64,000 nucleotides of DNA from the human T2T-CHM13v2.0 reference genome, Homo sapiens (GCF_009914755.1 NC_060940.1); one strand, 5' to 3'; positions 36,125 to 56,342 are shown, numbered from the stretch's first letter. A program made the numbers and translations. The notes: a model not told the origin generated them from the sequence alone.

Positions 36125-36330
36125 CAGAGGTTAGCCAACCTTTTCTGGAAAGGGCTGGCTGATAAATACTTGAGGCTTTGCATCCCATACACTGTCTGTG
36201 GCAACCCCTAACTCCGCTGTGTAGCTCAAAAGCTGCCATACTCATTTATAATACATAAATGAATGGGTGTGACTGGTCCAATGAAACTTTATTTATAAAT
36301 AGCTGGTCTGTGGGCCATAGATGCTTCTGA
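36125..36330 (-). mobile_element. MER58A
   Basis: cagaggttagccaaccttttctggaaagggc...ccaatgaaactttatttataaa...tgggccatag. Confidence 0.7.
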
Positions 36331-36529
36331 TATATAAAGCATCTGGTATAGTGGTGTATTGTGAACCCACTGGGGTTTTTTCCCCCCCAAACACTTGAGC
36401 TTTATTGATGTATATTGACAAATAAAAATGGTATATAGGTTGGGCACGGTGGTTCATGCCTATAATCCCAGGACTTTGGGAGGCCGAGGCAGGTGGATCA
36501 CTTGAGCTCAGGAGTTCGAGACTAGCTCA

Positions 36530-36766
<237 letters not shown>

Positions 36767-38087
36767 CTACTGTCACTGCTTCTATTATTATTACTACTAC
36801 TACTACTCATGTTACCCTTTCTTTGGCTGTTACTTTGTGCCAGGTACTATTCTAAGTACTTACCATGTTTGATCTCATTTAATCTTCACCACCAAGGAAC
36901 TGACCCAAGGTCCCACAGCTAGGAAATGGCAAGCTGGGATTGAGCCGTGCCAGCTAGCCCCGTGCTATGCACTGCTTCACACAGAAGCTGCCCCTCCACC
37001 CCTGCCGCCTTCCTTTTCCTTTGTTCCTTTGTTATCAGCTGGCCGTTTCCAGAAACGGTTGGTTAACCTCTGCCTACCTCAACCCTCAGTGATTAAGGGG
37101 TGATATCGGGCCTCAAATGACTGACCTTTTTCCTTTGTTGCAGCTCTCACTGATTGTAATTCTGATTGTAATTATATATTTGTTTGCACCGTGGTTTACT
37201 TACTGTCCATCTTCCCCAGGGCAGGAGGCTGAATGGGGCAGGGGTCTCGCTGTCTCGTTTGCAGCTCCGTCCGCGGCACTTCACCCACATCCTGGCCTAT
37301 AAGCAAGTCCTGCCCATATATTTGACCAATAAATAAATGAATCATTGACAGCCATGCCCCACCCCTTCCTCCTCTCTCTGCCAGCCAGCACCTTGGTCTT
37401 TCACAGTGGGTAGAGGGCTTGGGCTGCAGGTGAAATGGATTTGCAATTCCCTGATAACCCACCCGCCGACTGTGGGAGTGGGCAGGAAGGTGTCAGCTCT
37501 TCCGGATGAAAAACCAGCCTGCAATGCAGTGTTTCTACCCAGCCTACAAAGCAAACACCACTACCTCCACGCCTTAGGTTGGAGAAATTCCGCTTTACGA
37601 CACAGTCCCATGGGCCTCATGTCATTTGTCCCTCCTGGCAGTCCCGGGGGATAGGTCGAGCAAGCAGTAGGACAAACGACTCCCATTTTCCAGGTGTAAA
37701 AACTGAGGCTTGGAGGTGAAGGGACTTGCCCAAGGTCATCAGCTAGAATATAGCAGGGCTGGGATTAGAACCCAGGTCTGTCCGGGTCCACGGTCTGATC
37801 TGAACTCGGCTTCAGTTGGTCTGGAATGCACCGGCTGCATCTGATGATCTTATTAAAGATCTGTGGCTGTCAGGGTCCTCCCCCTGGAGGTGCTGATTTA
37901 GTTGGTCTGGGTTGGGGCCCTAGGCACTTGGCACTTAACAAACTCCTTAGGTGATTCCAGTGGACAGGCAGGGCTGGGAACTTCATCACCCCTCCGAGCC
38001 CCAGAGCGGAGCCTGATCCTTAGCCCTGGCTGTGTATTTGAATCACTGGAGGAGCTTTTTATTTAGCCTTTTATGATGGAAACATAA

Positions 38088-38411
<324 letters not shown>

Positions 38412-38624
38412 TGAGCCACTGCGCCCAGCTGCCATGAGCTCTTTACCATGCATTGCATAGGTGAACGTTTTAATATGTATCTCTGAAGGACATGGATTTG
38501 TTTATTTTAAATGACTTTTTATTTCGCAATAGTTTGGCTCACAAAAAGTTGCAAAAATAACAGAGTTCCTGATGTTCATTGCTCAACTTTCTCTAATGAT
38601 AACATCTGAAAGATAAGAATTTTA

Positions 38625-38786
<162 letters not shown>

Positions 38787-40897
38787 CTAACTTTAATAAT
38801 AATTCATTATTATCAAATATTCCAGTAATCCATTGTGTTTGTACAATGGCTCATTCTTCTATGATATCATTCTTTATGTTTTAGCTGGGATTTTTTTATG
38901 GAAAAGAGTTTCCCCTTCATTTCTTTGATCACTGATCACTCTGTGGTGATCGAATAAATGACTGTTTTCCTCAGGGAAGCCTTCTCCAACCCTGGTGAAC
39001 CAAATGAGTACATTTGGGAAAGGTGGAGAAAATACTTGTTTCTTTCCGCTTTTTCTGCGTTCAAACAATGACCTGGTTCACTGACAACATCAGATGTTTC
39101 TCTTTATTTCCAGCGTCAATATGAAATTTGTGTACATAAACATGTAAGGCTGGGCGCAGTGGCTCAAGCCTGTAATCCCACCACTTTGGGAAGCCACGGT
39201 GGGCAGATCACTTGAGTCAGGAGTTCGAGACCAGCCTGTTCACCAACATGGTGAAACCCCATCTCTACTAAAGATACAAACATTAGCCCAGTGTGGTGGC
39301 TGATGCTTGTAATCCCAGCTACTTAGGAGGCCGAGGCGGGAGGATCACTTGAACCCAGGAGGCGGAGTTTGCAGTGAGCCAAGATCACGCCACTGGACTC
39401 CAGCCTGGGCGACAGAGCGAGACTCCATCTCAAAAAACAAAACAAAACAAAAACCTTGCTTGGTATGTTTCAGCCTGTTGTACTTATTCTCCTTGTCAAA
39501 GCTCAAATTGTCCCTCTTTTAGCCTGCAGCGGCCACTTCTGCTTGGCTCTTGAGCCTTTTAACAATCCTGTTCATGCTTAGTTTCCTTGTTGTCCGGTGT
39601 GACAAGATGTTCTTGGCTTACCTTGCATATTTCCTGCCCAGCCACTTTTCCAAGAAAAATCTGGAAGTTTAAAACAAAAACAAAGCTTCAGTGCCCCAGT
39701 CGCACCCAGAACCAGCTTAATCAGATTGCCTGGTGCGGGTAGGGCCCGGATACAGTATTTTTTTAAATTTTATTTTTATTTTGTTTGAGACAGGGTCCCT
39801 AGGCTGGAGTGTAGTGGCACGATCTCAGCTTACTGCAACCTCCGCCTCATGGATTCAAGCAATTCTGCCTCAGCCTCCCGAGTAGCTGAGCTTGCAGGCA
39901 CCCACCACCACATCCAGCTAATTTTTTGTATTTTTGGTAGAGACGAGGTTTCATCATGTTGCCTAGGCTGGTCTCGAACTCCTGACCACAAGTGATCTGC
40001 CCGCCTTGGCCTCCCAAAGTACTGGGATTACAGGCATGAGCCACCACACCCAGCCAGGATACAGTATTTTTTAAAAAGCACGCCCAGCCTTGAATGGAAA
40101 ACCACTGGACGAGAGTATGCCACCTTATCGGGCTCTGTAAATGCCTTATATCTGCACAAGGCTGGAACTTTGAGTGGAGTCCTTGGCTAAAGCTTTCATT
40201 ACTGCCTGGTGACCTCTCTTCCCTCTGCTGCTAAAGCTTGTGTTTCAGAATTTAGACCCGGATGCATCCATGTTGAAAGCCAGGCTTTGTCTGTCATCCC
40301 AGGAGCTCTGTATCGGTCCCTTTCCTTGCCTGCATGTTGTTGACTTGGGGCTCATCTTCATTTCTCTGGGAAATGAGTTCTTTGATAGCTTGCTTAGAAT
40401 CTCTCAGTACTTCCCATTGCCCTTAGAATGAAGACCAAAATATGTGGCCTGCAGTGTAGACTGTGCACAGCCTCCAGTGTAGACTACTCAGGCCCCTTCT
40501 TGGTTCCTGGAGTCTACCATGCTTTCTTCTACCACCGGGCCTTTGCACACACTGCTGTCTGTTGGGAATGCGTTGCCTTTCCTTGTTACTTAGTTCTCAT
40601 CTACTCACCCTTCAGGTGCCAGCTTGACTGTCTGCCTCGGGGGCGCCTTCTCTGACCTTCGTACACCAGATCAGCCCCCATGCACTTACTTTGTCTCATT
40701 GGTAATATTTCTCTCCCTTCAGGACACACATCAAGGCCCAGAAGTTGTAGTTTTGCATTTGTTCATGTGATCATTTGATGCATGTCTCTCTCTGGAGCCT
40801 GACTCTTTGGGGCTCACATCCTCACTCCACCGCTTTTAGCTGTGGGACCTTGAACAAATCTTTTCATCTCTGGTCCCCAGTTTTTAAGTTAAATTAA

Positions 40898-41203
<306 letters not shown>

Positions 41204-41449
41204 TGATATAATACTTTTATTTATCTTGTGAGGTGAGGATGAAGATTAAATAAGGTAGTTTGTGTAAAGCACTTAGAAAAGAGCTAGCTACTAATAGTAG
41301 AGAATCTTGGCAGGTATTACTGATGATTACTGCAGTAGACCACAAGCTCCATACAGGCAGGGGTCATTTCTGTTTGTTTAGATTTGTATGCAGGGTGCTT
41401 GGCACAAGGGTTGTGCTCAGGAAATACTTGTTGGATGAACGAATGAATG

Positions 41450-41820
41450 AAGTGGAGATAATAGTAATACCATGTTTATAGAATTCCATGAGGATATAAA
41501 ATAATGCAAGTATATAAGCTCTTGGTAGAGTGTCTAGCACATAGTAGATGGTCAATAAATATTCAGTGACTGAATGAGTAAAGTGGGGACAATAGTAATA
41601 CCCGCTCATGAGGTTGTCGTGGGGATATAAGGCAACCCTGTAGTACCTTGTAGAATGCCTAGCACATAGTAGGTGCTCAGAAAATATTTGTTGAATGAAT
41701 GAGTGAAGTAGGGATGACGTTAACACCAACTCCTAGGGTTGTTGTGGGGATAGAAGACAAGGCAGGTCTATAGCATGTTGTATTGTGGTTGCACATGGTA
41801 GACACTCCGTTGATTGAAAC
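41450..41820 (+). repeat. Ancient tandem array of about 3 MIR-tail/L2-end units (about 125-131 bp period)
   Basis: Units start aagtggagata (41450), aagtggggaca (41581) and aagtagggatg (41706). Each has a gaggatata/ggggatata-like core and gcacatagtag/gcacatggtag. Confidence 0.6.
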
Positions 41821-42015
41821 TGGAAGAGCTGCCATGAATTTCTTTCTCCTGGCTATTAGGAGAGGGTCCTTTTGGGGTGCAGAATGGTGTGGAGCTGACG
41901 CTAGTCCTCTGGAAGGAAGAGTGAGCAGCTGACTACTTGCTAAGCTCTGACCTGGATGAAAAGTCAAATCATTCCTTTCCCTCTTCCTCCCAAACCTGTG
42001 CTTTCTTTCCACTAG

Positions 42016-42077
42016 AATCCCTGCCCAGAGTCCAGCGCTTCCTTCCTGTCGAGGATCACCTTCTGGTGGATCACAGG
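42016..42077 (+). CDS. ABCC1: ABCC1 exon 6 (62 nt, start of L0/lasso motif)
   Basis: ccactag|AATCCC...ACAGG|gtaagg. Translates NPCPESSASFLSRITFWWITG, the conserved ABCC lasso motif. Phase 0-2. Confidence 0.97.
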
Positions 42078-43484
42078 GTAAGGCCAGGCCCCCCAGACCT
42101 CAGGGAGGTGGTGGGGAGTGAATGAATGAATGAATGAACGAATGAACATGCTCAGCTCCCCCTCCCCAACTTCTCCCTCCTTTGCTCTTCTGCAGAGTTG
42201 TCTTGAATCTGCCTGTGCTGGCCATGTGGTCTCAGAGACACCAACTCTGTCCGGCAGTTCCGTGAACTTGAATGTGATAAACACGTGAGCCGTGAGCAGC
42301 TGACACCTCTGCAGAAGGCTTTGCCTGGGACAGCCATATGCTGGACTGCTTTTGCTTTAGCTTCAGATTTGGGTTTTTAAAATATTAGGTATAGTTATTA
42401 TTGACATTGTCCCCCTCCTGTCCCCCACGCCTTAGAAAAATAATACTGTCTCACCACAGGAAGTGTGGGTTAAAAAACCACATGTGCAGATCAGCAGTGC
42501 AGGAGACATCTAGAGGTAACCAGTGTCACCATTTTAGTATGCCTTCTTCTGGTCGTCTTTCTTTTTTTTTTGAGACGGAGTCTTACTCTGTCAGTCTCAG
42601 CTCACTACAAGTCTCCGCCTCCCAGGTTCAAGCGATTCTCCTGCCTCAGCCTCCCAGGTAGCTGGGATTACAGGCTTGCGCCACCATGCCCGGCTACTTT
42701 TTGTATTTTTAGTAGAGACAGAGTTTTGCCATGTTGGCCAGGCTTGTCTTGAAACTCCTGACCTCAGGTGATCCACCCGCATCGACTTCCCAAAGTGCTG
42801 GGATTACAGGTGTGAGCCACCATGCCCAGCTACCTTCTGGTCCTCTTTTTGTATATCTTTTTCTGCCCGTTGTTAACATCTTAGTGGGGATTGTTTGAAG
42901 AATCTTTTTTTGCCCCTAATAAGCATCATCTTTTTTTTTTTTTTTTTTTTGAGACAGGCTTTCGCTCTGTCGCTGAGGCTGGAGTGCAGCGGCACACTTG
43001 TAGCTCACTGCAGTCCCAATCTACTGGGCTTAGGTGATGCTCCTGCCTCAGCCTCCTGAGTAGCTGGGGCTACAGGCACACTCCCCCATGCCCAGCAGAT
43101 TTTTGTACTTTCTGTAGAGATGGGGTTTCATCATGTTGCCCAGGCTGGTCTCCAGCTTCTGAGCTCAAGTGATTCTCCCGCCTCAGCCTCCAGAGTGCTG
43201 GGATTACAGGCGTGAACCACCATGCCCGGTCTCATCCTTGTCTTAATGACAAACATCGTTTTAAAAAATTAGATGTTTTAAATAATTTCTTCAAGTTACT
43301 ATTAAAAAGCATCACTGGGACAGTTGATGTAATTTGTTCATGACTACAGGACCCCGGATGCATGCTAATAACATTCATTCTTGTTTTGGAAAATTGTGCT
43401 CTAGTTACATAAGAGCATGTCCTGGATTGGAAGAGAATACCTCCAGTTTTTCTTGGGTAAAGGCATGTAGAGGCTGTATGTTAA

Positions 43485-43803
<319 letters not shown>

Positions 43804-44088
43804 TAAGTGGTTCAGAAAAAGATGATGTGTTTGCATGTGTGTGTGTGTTTGTGTGTGCATGTCAATGGATACAGACAGAGAATGATACTGCAAACGTGGC
43901 AACGTGTTAACAATGGTGAGTTGAGTGAATTCTTAGTATGATTTGAGTAATTTTTCTATAAGTTTGAAATTATTTTAGAACAAAACATGAAAGTATTTTA
44001 CCTTTTATTATAAAAGTGTTTAGTCTGCTGGGCACGGTGGCTCATGCCTGTAATGTTAGCACTTTCAGAGGCCAAGGTGGGTGGATCA

Positions 44089-44298
<210 letters not shown>

Positions 44299-44730
44299 TT
44301 AATATAATAAAACTCAATAATCTCATCACCCAGATTTCATGCTTACTAATGCTTTGTCATGTCAGCCTTTTTATTTTTTAATTTTTTCCTTCAGCCTATT
44401 TTTTTTTTTTTCTTTTTATAGGGTCTGACTCTGTTGCCCAGGCTGGAGTGCAGTGACACAATGACGGCTCTTTGCAGCCTCCACCTCCTGGCCTTGAGCA
44501 ATCCTGCCACCTCAGCCTCCCGAGTAGCTGGGACTACAGGTGCGAGCCATCATGACTGGCTAATTTTTTTATTTTTACTTTTCGTAGAGATAGTCTCCCT
44601 ATGTTGTCCAGGCTGGTCTTGAACTCCAGGGCTCACAAAATCCTCCCACCTCGGCCTCCCAGAGCGCTAGGATTATAGACATGAGCTACCGTGCCTGGCC
44701 CATATCAGCCTTTTTTAATTTAAAATTTTA

Positions 44731-44853
<123 letters not shown>

Positions 44854-45189
44854 CTACAAAAATAAAAAATAAAAAAAAAATTAGCCAGTCATAATGGCTT
44901 ACACCCAAAGTCCCAGCTACTCGGGAGGTTGAGATGGGAGAACCACTCTAGACCGGGAGCTGGAGGCTGCAGGGAGCTGCGATCGCACCACTGTACTCCA
45001 TCCTGGGTGACACAGCGAGACCCTCTCTCCAAGTAAATAAATGAATGAACGAATAATAAAAAATAAAAAAGAGCTATCCTGATACTTCGCTCCTAAATCA
45101 TCTTTTTTTCCCTAAGTCTTTTGTATGCACCACTAAAAAAAAAAAAAGCCATTTTTCCTGCATGACCCAACAGAATGAGCTGTAATTAG

Positions 45190-45510
<321 letters not shown>

Positions 45511-46914
45511 TAAGTGTGAGTTTCCTTGTCCTCCAGGATGCCCTGGTCACCTCCTTTCCACTACTGTGGCCTGAATCCAGGATGGGGCCCTGGCAGTGCT
45601 GCCTGTTACTAGCTTTGTGGTTCTGGGCAAGATGCCTCACTTCTCCTCCTGGCCTCAGTTTGCTTTTCTGCCAAATGGGGTAGGATCTCACATGTCATTA
45701 AAGCAACTGGGCAGAGAAAAGAAGAAAGAAGCTGGGTGCGGTGGCTCTCGTGTCTAATCCCAGCACTTTGGGAGGCCAAGGCAGGCGGATCACTTGGTCG
45801 GGAGTTTGAGACCAGCCTGGCCAACATGGTGAAACCCTGTCTCTACTAAAAATACAAAAATTAGCTAGGCATGGTGGCAGGCGCCTGTAATCATAGCTAC
45901 TCAGGAGGCTGACAGGAGAATCACTTGAACCCAGGAGGCGGAGGTTGCAGTGAGCTGAGATTGTGCCACTGCATACTAGCCTGGGAGACAGAGTGAGACT
46001 CCGTCTCAAAAAAAAAAAAAGAAGAAAAATGTTGTCCAAACAGGCAGTTGATGCTGTCTGCCATGGCGCGTGACTATCCCTCCTTGAGTCAGTCTCACTT
46101 TTTTCTGTCTCTTTCTGAGCATCTGGCATCCTGCATGTTCTTGCTGTTTGAATGTTCTGTCCAACATGCCCAGCTGACCACGTAAGTCTGTTTAGCCAAA
46201 GAAGCCCCATTTGAGGGTGATTTTGGCTGTACTGGATTTTAGGCTCTACCCCCTATGTAAGGCGTGCCCCACTGCACCACCTCTGTCACTCTTCGGGAAT
46301 CAGGCCAGTGCCTCCCCTGCACATACCTTAACTCATCAAATCTGAGACACCATTAGTTGCGTGATGCGTTATTATTCTATGTAACAGTAAGAAAGAAAAG
46401 CAGCTGCCAATTAAACAAGGACATAAGACTTGTCTCGAGCCCGGACGAACTGGAACATGAAATTGTGGGTGACATGGGGGCAGTGGATTGCGGCCATGGG
46501 GGTAGTAGAATGGCTGTTTTTGTTCCTGTTGCCTGTTCTGGGGTAAGTTTACTACGATAAACTGTGGTGGGGCCAGTGTGGTGCATTGGATTCCCCACAG
46601 ACCCATTGGCCTTACAGGGAAAAACCCCAGACCGGGGTTCTGTTCCTCATTCTATTCCGGGGATGCCCAGGATACAGGCCTTCAGTCAGACCCAGATGGT
46701 GGGTGGGAATCTGGACATCCATGTGCCAGCCACTAGGACATCAGCAGAGGACCTCGTGACTCCGGTCGGAGGCTGTTTGGGTGGTCCAGGTGATGGGAGA
46801 AATTGTCTCGTGGGAGGCAGATAGAGCTTGGGCCTCTGTGACTGAGCATTGTAAGGAAATGGCCCATGTCCATGACCCAGTTGAAGGTTTTTGGCAGGCA
46901 AAGGTGGGGTCCCT

Positions 46915-47617
46915 GTTTATTACAGTTCTTCATGGAGACAGAACTAGTAGGATGGATGGATGGATGGATAGATGATAGATAGATGGATGATAGATTGATA
47001 GATGATAGGTAGATGATAGACGGATAGTTGGTGGATGTATACATGGTAGGTAGATGGATAGATGATAGATAGATGGATGATTGATAGATGATGGATGGAT
47101 GGATGGATGGAGGATGAGAGGGGATCTACTAGGGAAACTGGATCATGTGATTATGGAGGCTGAGAAGTCCCACCCTAGGTCACCTGCAACCTGGAGAACC
47201 CAGGAAGCTGGTAGCATGGCTCAGGCCTAGTCCAAAAGTCTCAGACCCAGGGAAGCTGATGGTGGAATTCTCAGTCCATAGTCAAAGGCCTGAGAACCTG
47301 GAGTCATTGGGTAAGTCCCAGAGGCCAGAAATCCTGGAGTTCTGATGTTCAAGGGTGGGAGAGGATGACATCCTGGCTGCGGAAGAGAGAGTGCCTGCAT
47401 TTGCCATTACTCTGACTTTTTGTTGTGTCCGGACCCTCTGCTGATTGGGCGGTGCCACCCACATGGGGCGAGGATGGATCTTCCTTAGTCAGTCCACTCA
47501 TTCAAATGCCAGTCTCGTCTGGAAACATCCTCACAGACACACCCAGAAATAACACTTTAACAGCAATCTGGGTATCCCTTAACCCAGTCAACTTGACCCC
47601 TAACATCACCCATCTCA
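46915..47617 (-). mobile_element. MLT2B-like ERVL solo LTR containing a (GATA/GGAT)n microsatellite (about 46950-47110)
   Basis: The reverse complement begins TGAGATGG...GTCAAGTTGACTGGGTTAAGGGATACCCAGATTGCTGTTAAAGTGTTATTTCTGGGTGTGTCTGTGAGG. The block gtgattatggaggctgagaagtccca is also present. Confidence 0.82.
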
Positions 47618-48111
47618 TCTGGATTCCTTCAGCCTCACCTGCAGCATCCCCCCCGCTAAGCAGGCCACATTTGTAGTGTGGGCTTCAGCATTCCTCATCA
47701 TCCACGCCTCTGCTGATCACCTGGCTCGGCTTCCTCTCATGGAAGACGGATGCCCACCTTTGTGTCCCCTGGAGCTTGTCAGGAGAGCAGGTTGCTGGAG
47801 ACACCATGGGAGAGGCCAATATCACAGCCTTGGGAGGAGGACAGAGTTTGAATCCAGAAGCTCCTCCACTGGCCTGGCTCTTAATCCACTGAGCAGATGA
47901 AACTGACTGCTGCTTTTGTGCTTAGCGACGTTTAGTCCCTGAGGGTTCAGAGAGTGGAACAAAAGAGACACACTCTAGTTGGGTGCCATCGACATTCTAT
48001 ATGGGAGACAGGACGTTGGTTGTGAAACATGCATTGACAAGAAGCTTTGGAGAATGATGGTGTTGGGGTGAGATAAAAATGAGGAAATGAGGGTGAGAGT
48101 AACCGAGGAAG

Positions 48112-48150
<39 letters not shown>

Positions 48151-48339
48151 GTGTGTGTGTGTGTGTGTTTTCTTTTTTTTTTTTTTTTTTGAGATGGAGT
48201 CTCATTCTGTTACCCAGGGTGGAATACAGTAGTGTGATCTCGGCTCACTGCAACCTCTGCCTCTCGGGTTCAAGCAATTCTTCTGCCCCGGTCTCCCAAA
48301 GTGCTGGGATTACAGGTGCATGCCACCACGCCTGACTAA

Positions 48340-48486
<147 letters not shown>

Positions 48487-48903
48487 TAGATACAGTGGTC
48501 AAAGGTTCTACCCAGTGTGGCCATGACCCTTGGTGAGCATGTGCCTGTCCCTCCCTAAGTCTATCTCTGGCTGTTTTCGAGCCTCTGGCATCCTGAGTGT
48601 TACTGCTTTTTGAAGTGTTTTTGTTCAACATGCCCAGCTGACCATGTATGATTGTTTTGAGAAGGTCACATTTGAGCAGAGACTTGCATTGGAGGGAGTG
48701 AGCCTTGTGTGTATCTGGGGAAGGAAGGGCTTTCCAGGTAGAGGGAGCAGCCAGTGCAAAGGCTCTGAGGACACTCGTGGTGCATCAGGGGGCTTGTGTG
48801 GCTTGAGGAAAGTGAGTGAGGGGGAGAAAGGGAGAAGATGAAGCAGGAGAAGGATTTGCAGGGGTCTCCTCTGAGAGTTAAGGTGGGATTCCAGGTGCAG
48901 TGA

Positions 48904-49125
<222 letters not shown>

Positions 49126-49207
49126 TAGCTGGGATTACAGGTGCACACCACCATGCCTGGCTGATGAATTAATTAATTAATTTTATATTTTATATTTGTT
49201 TTTTTGA

Positions 49208-49573
<366 letters not shown>

Positions 49574-49793
49574 GAGACAGGTCTCACTGTGTTGCCCAGG
49601 CTGGTCTCCAAGTCTTGGCTTCAAGCAGTCCTCCTGCCTCAGCCTCCCAAATAGCTGGGATTACAGGTGTGAGCCACCACACCCAGCTGAGTTCTGGTTC
49701 ATAACAACCCAGGCTGTCCTGGGGAAGGTGGATATTTAGGGACAAGAGTGAAGGCAGGGAGACCAGGGTGGGAACCTCAAGGGCTGTCCATGA

Positions 49794-50174
<381 letters not shown>

Positions 50175-51089
50175 TGAGATATATGATATGATAAGCTGTG
50201 CCCTAGCCCTGAGTACATGCTGGGCAGGTTTTAATTGTACAAGTTTTATTTATTCATCTGTACACTTTGATCTTGCCAGGGAGGATGTGGTGAGAACTGG
50301 GTCTTGGGGCTTGAAAGCGGGCCACCTGAGAAGGGTCTGGCTCTGTGAGTACCTTGGTGTTTAGAGATCCTCAGCGTGGAGCCAGGGGATCATTTACTTG
50401 GGACATTGGTAGACGGATCGCTTGCTTTATTCCCAGAGGCATAAGCCAGATCTGGCACCTGTAACCCCTGTGAACCTGGAGAGAGTGAGAAGGAAAACCC
50501 TGTCCTAGGCTGGAATTTCCTGGTGTGGCCCCTTACACTCAGATCCCTTTTGTTAACCAGAGAAAGGAATGCAGCTCGTGCAGCTCTGGGCTGCTGGGTA
50601 TCCTAGGCTCGGGGATCAGGTGATGGACGCCAGGGCTGGGGGCTCTGCATGGCTTCCTGGATCCTTTTACCACCTCTCTTCACCCCTGAGTGACTCCTTC
50701 TCAAAAGTCAGGTGTGGCTGGGCATGGTGGCTCATGCCTGTAATTGCAGTACGTTGGGAGGCTGAGGCGGGAGGCTCACCTGAGTTCATGAGTTCGAGAC
50801 CAGCCTGGCCAACATGGTGAATCCCTGTCTCTGCTAAAAATACAAAAATTAGCCGGGTGTGGTGGCGCTCACCTGTAATCCAGCTACAGGGGGGCTGAAG
50901 CATGAGAATTGCTTGAATTGTTTGGATTTAAAAACCCAGTGCTTCATTGGTTTGTGTGTAGTGGTTTTATGTTCTCTTTTGTGTATGGCCACTCAGAGCT
51001 TAGGGCCATTTTGGACTGTGGTTTCTGCTGGCATGAATGTGAAATGCTTCTGTGACTCTGGAAGAGTTTGGCAGTTTTTTTTTTTTTTT

Positions 51090-52970
<1,881 letters not shown>

Positions 52971-53241
52971 GCCATCAGTTTTCTAAGTCTTTAACTTATT
53001 CAACTCGTTTAATCTTACCTACCTTGGAGGTAGGTCCTACTTTTATCCTCATTTCACAGAGGAGGAAACTGAGGCCCAGAGAGCTTAAGGACCTTGCCTG
53101 AAGTCATGCAGCTGGCCAGTGGCCAAGCCAGACCTTGAGCCGGTGGCTCTGGAGCCCGTGGCTCTGGAGCCCGTGTTTGTAACCACTGTGCTGAGCTGCC
53201 TCTTTCCCTGGGCTTGTTGTCTTTGACTCTGCCTTCCCTGA

Positions 53242-53559
<318 letters not shown>

Positions 53560-54532
53560 TAAGACCCCTTCCCTCCCAGGTGGGCTCCATTTTCCCTCCT
53601 TGGCTTTGATCTTTCAGTTGCATCAGTCATAACCCTGGGGTCATGCTGTGTCCTGAAGTGGGCTCATAGCCAGATGTCTCCATTTTTACTTTAGCTTTTT
53701 TGAAAAAAATAGAGACAGGGTCTTGCTTTGTTGGTCAGGCTGGTCTCGAGCTCCTGACTTCAAGCGATCCTCCTGCCTCGGCCTCCCAAAGTGCTGGGAT
53801 TGCAGATGTGAGCCATGGTCACTGCCTAGCTTTACTTTATGCTTTACTTAATTACCATATTAGTGAAGACCACATCGTTTGCAAGTAACAGAAACCCACT
53901 AGGCTCCCCTAAAACCCAAATGGGGAGGATATGGCATTGTCTTGGGAAACCAAGAGCAAGGAAATGCCAGCAGATCTCATGAAAAAACTGCAACCAGGGT
54001 TGGGCGCAGTGGCTCATGCCTATAATCCCAGCACTTTGAGAGGCTGAGGTGGGAAGATCACCTGAGGTCAGGAGGTCAAGACCAGCCTGGCCAGCATGGT
54101 AAAACCATCTGCTAAAAATACAAAAACTAGCCGGGCGTGGTGGTGCACGCCTGTAATCCCAGCTACTCAGGAGGCTGAGGCATAAAAATTGCTTGAACCC
54201 AGGAGGCAGAGGTTACAGCAAGCTGATTGCATCACTGAACTCAAACCTTGGCGACAGAGCAAGACTTTGTCTCAAAAAAAAAAAAAAAAAAAAAAAAGAA
54301 TAAAAACAACAACAAAAAACTGCAACCAGGAACTGGGGAGTCAGAAAGGAAGTTGCCTCTCTCCTACCTGGCTCTCTGCTGCTCTGTGACTCAGGGGCTA
54401 CACATCCCTTCTCTTTTCCTCCCTACCTCTTTACCTCGTGTTCCCTATGCAATTCCTTTGGGTGACTTGCTGGTGATGAGATATAGCTAGAGCAATTAGT
54501 GCACAACCCCAAGGCAGAGGCCTCTTTTATGA

Positions 54533-55006
<474 letters not shown>

Positions 55007-55136
55007 TGAGGGTAGCTTCCGTGACCTTAGGTGGCAGGGACAGCACGCATCAGGCATTGTACCTTAGGAAAGCTGATTTCAAGGGTGGGCGTGTAGATGT
55101 CTTTGTGTATCAGCTGTGAGTAATTGAGTTTCTTAG

Positions 55137-55436
<300 letters not shown>

Positions 55437-56099
55437 TGATCTTGAACTGCTGACCTCAGGTGATCCGCCTGCCTCAGCCTCCCAAAGTGCTGGGATTACA
55501 GGCATGAGCCACCGCGCCCAGCCTGTTGTCACTCTTAATTTGAACTGAGCAGGTGGCACATTCCTTGCATGGTAAGAGTATGTAGCAGGCATTTGTGTAC
55601 ATCCAATTTCAAAGGACCTAAATTACCTTCTTGATCCCTATAAATTTTTTTTTTTTTTTTTGTCTCGAGGTCAAGGAAACTGCTTGGCTCCTAGGTTAGG
55701 AAGAGACAGTCTTGCAGGTACTTGATGAACTAGAGGAGTGATTCTCAGGCCTGTCTGTGAATTAGACTCACCTGGGGAGCTTAAACTGATGCAGGCCAGG
55801 CACTGTAGCTCATGCCTGTAATCCCAGCAGCTTGGGAGACCAAGGTGGGGGAATCACTGGAGGCTGGAAGTTCAATACCAGCCTGGTCAATATAGCAAGA
55901 CCCTGGCTCTGCAGAAAATTTAAAAAAATTAGCCAGGTATGGTGGTGCGTACCTGTAGTCCCGTCTACTCAGGAGATTGAGTTAAAAGAATCACTTCAGC
56001 CCCGGAGTTGGAGGCTGCAGTGAGTCCTGATAGCATCCCTGCATTCCGGCCTGTGTGACAGAATGAGACCCTGTCTGAAAAAACAAAAAAACTTCCTGA

Positions 56100-56342
<243 letters not shown>

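Noticed and set aside
46324-46420. Possible MER104/TcMar-type DNA transposon end
   Set aside because: Too short and diverged to call confidently by eye.
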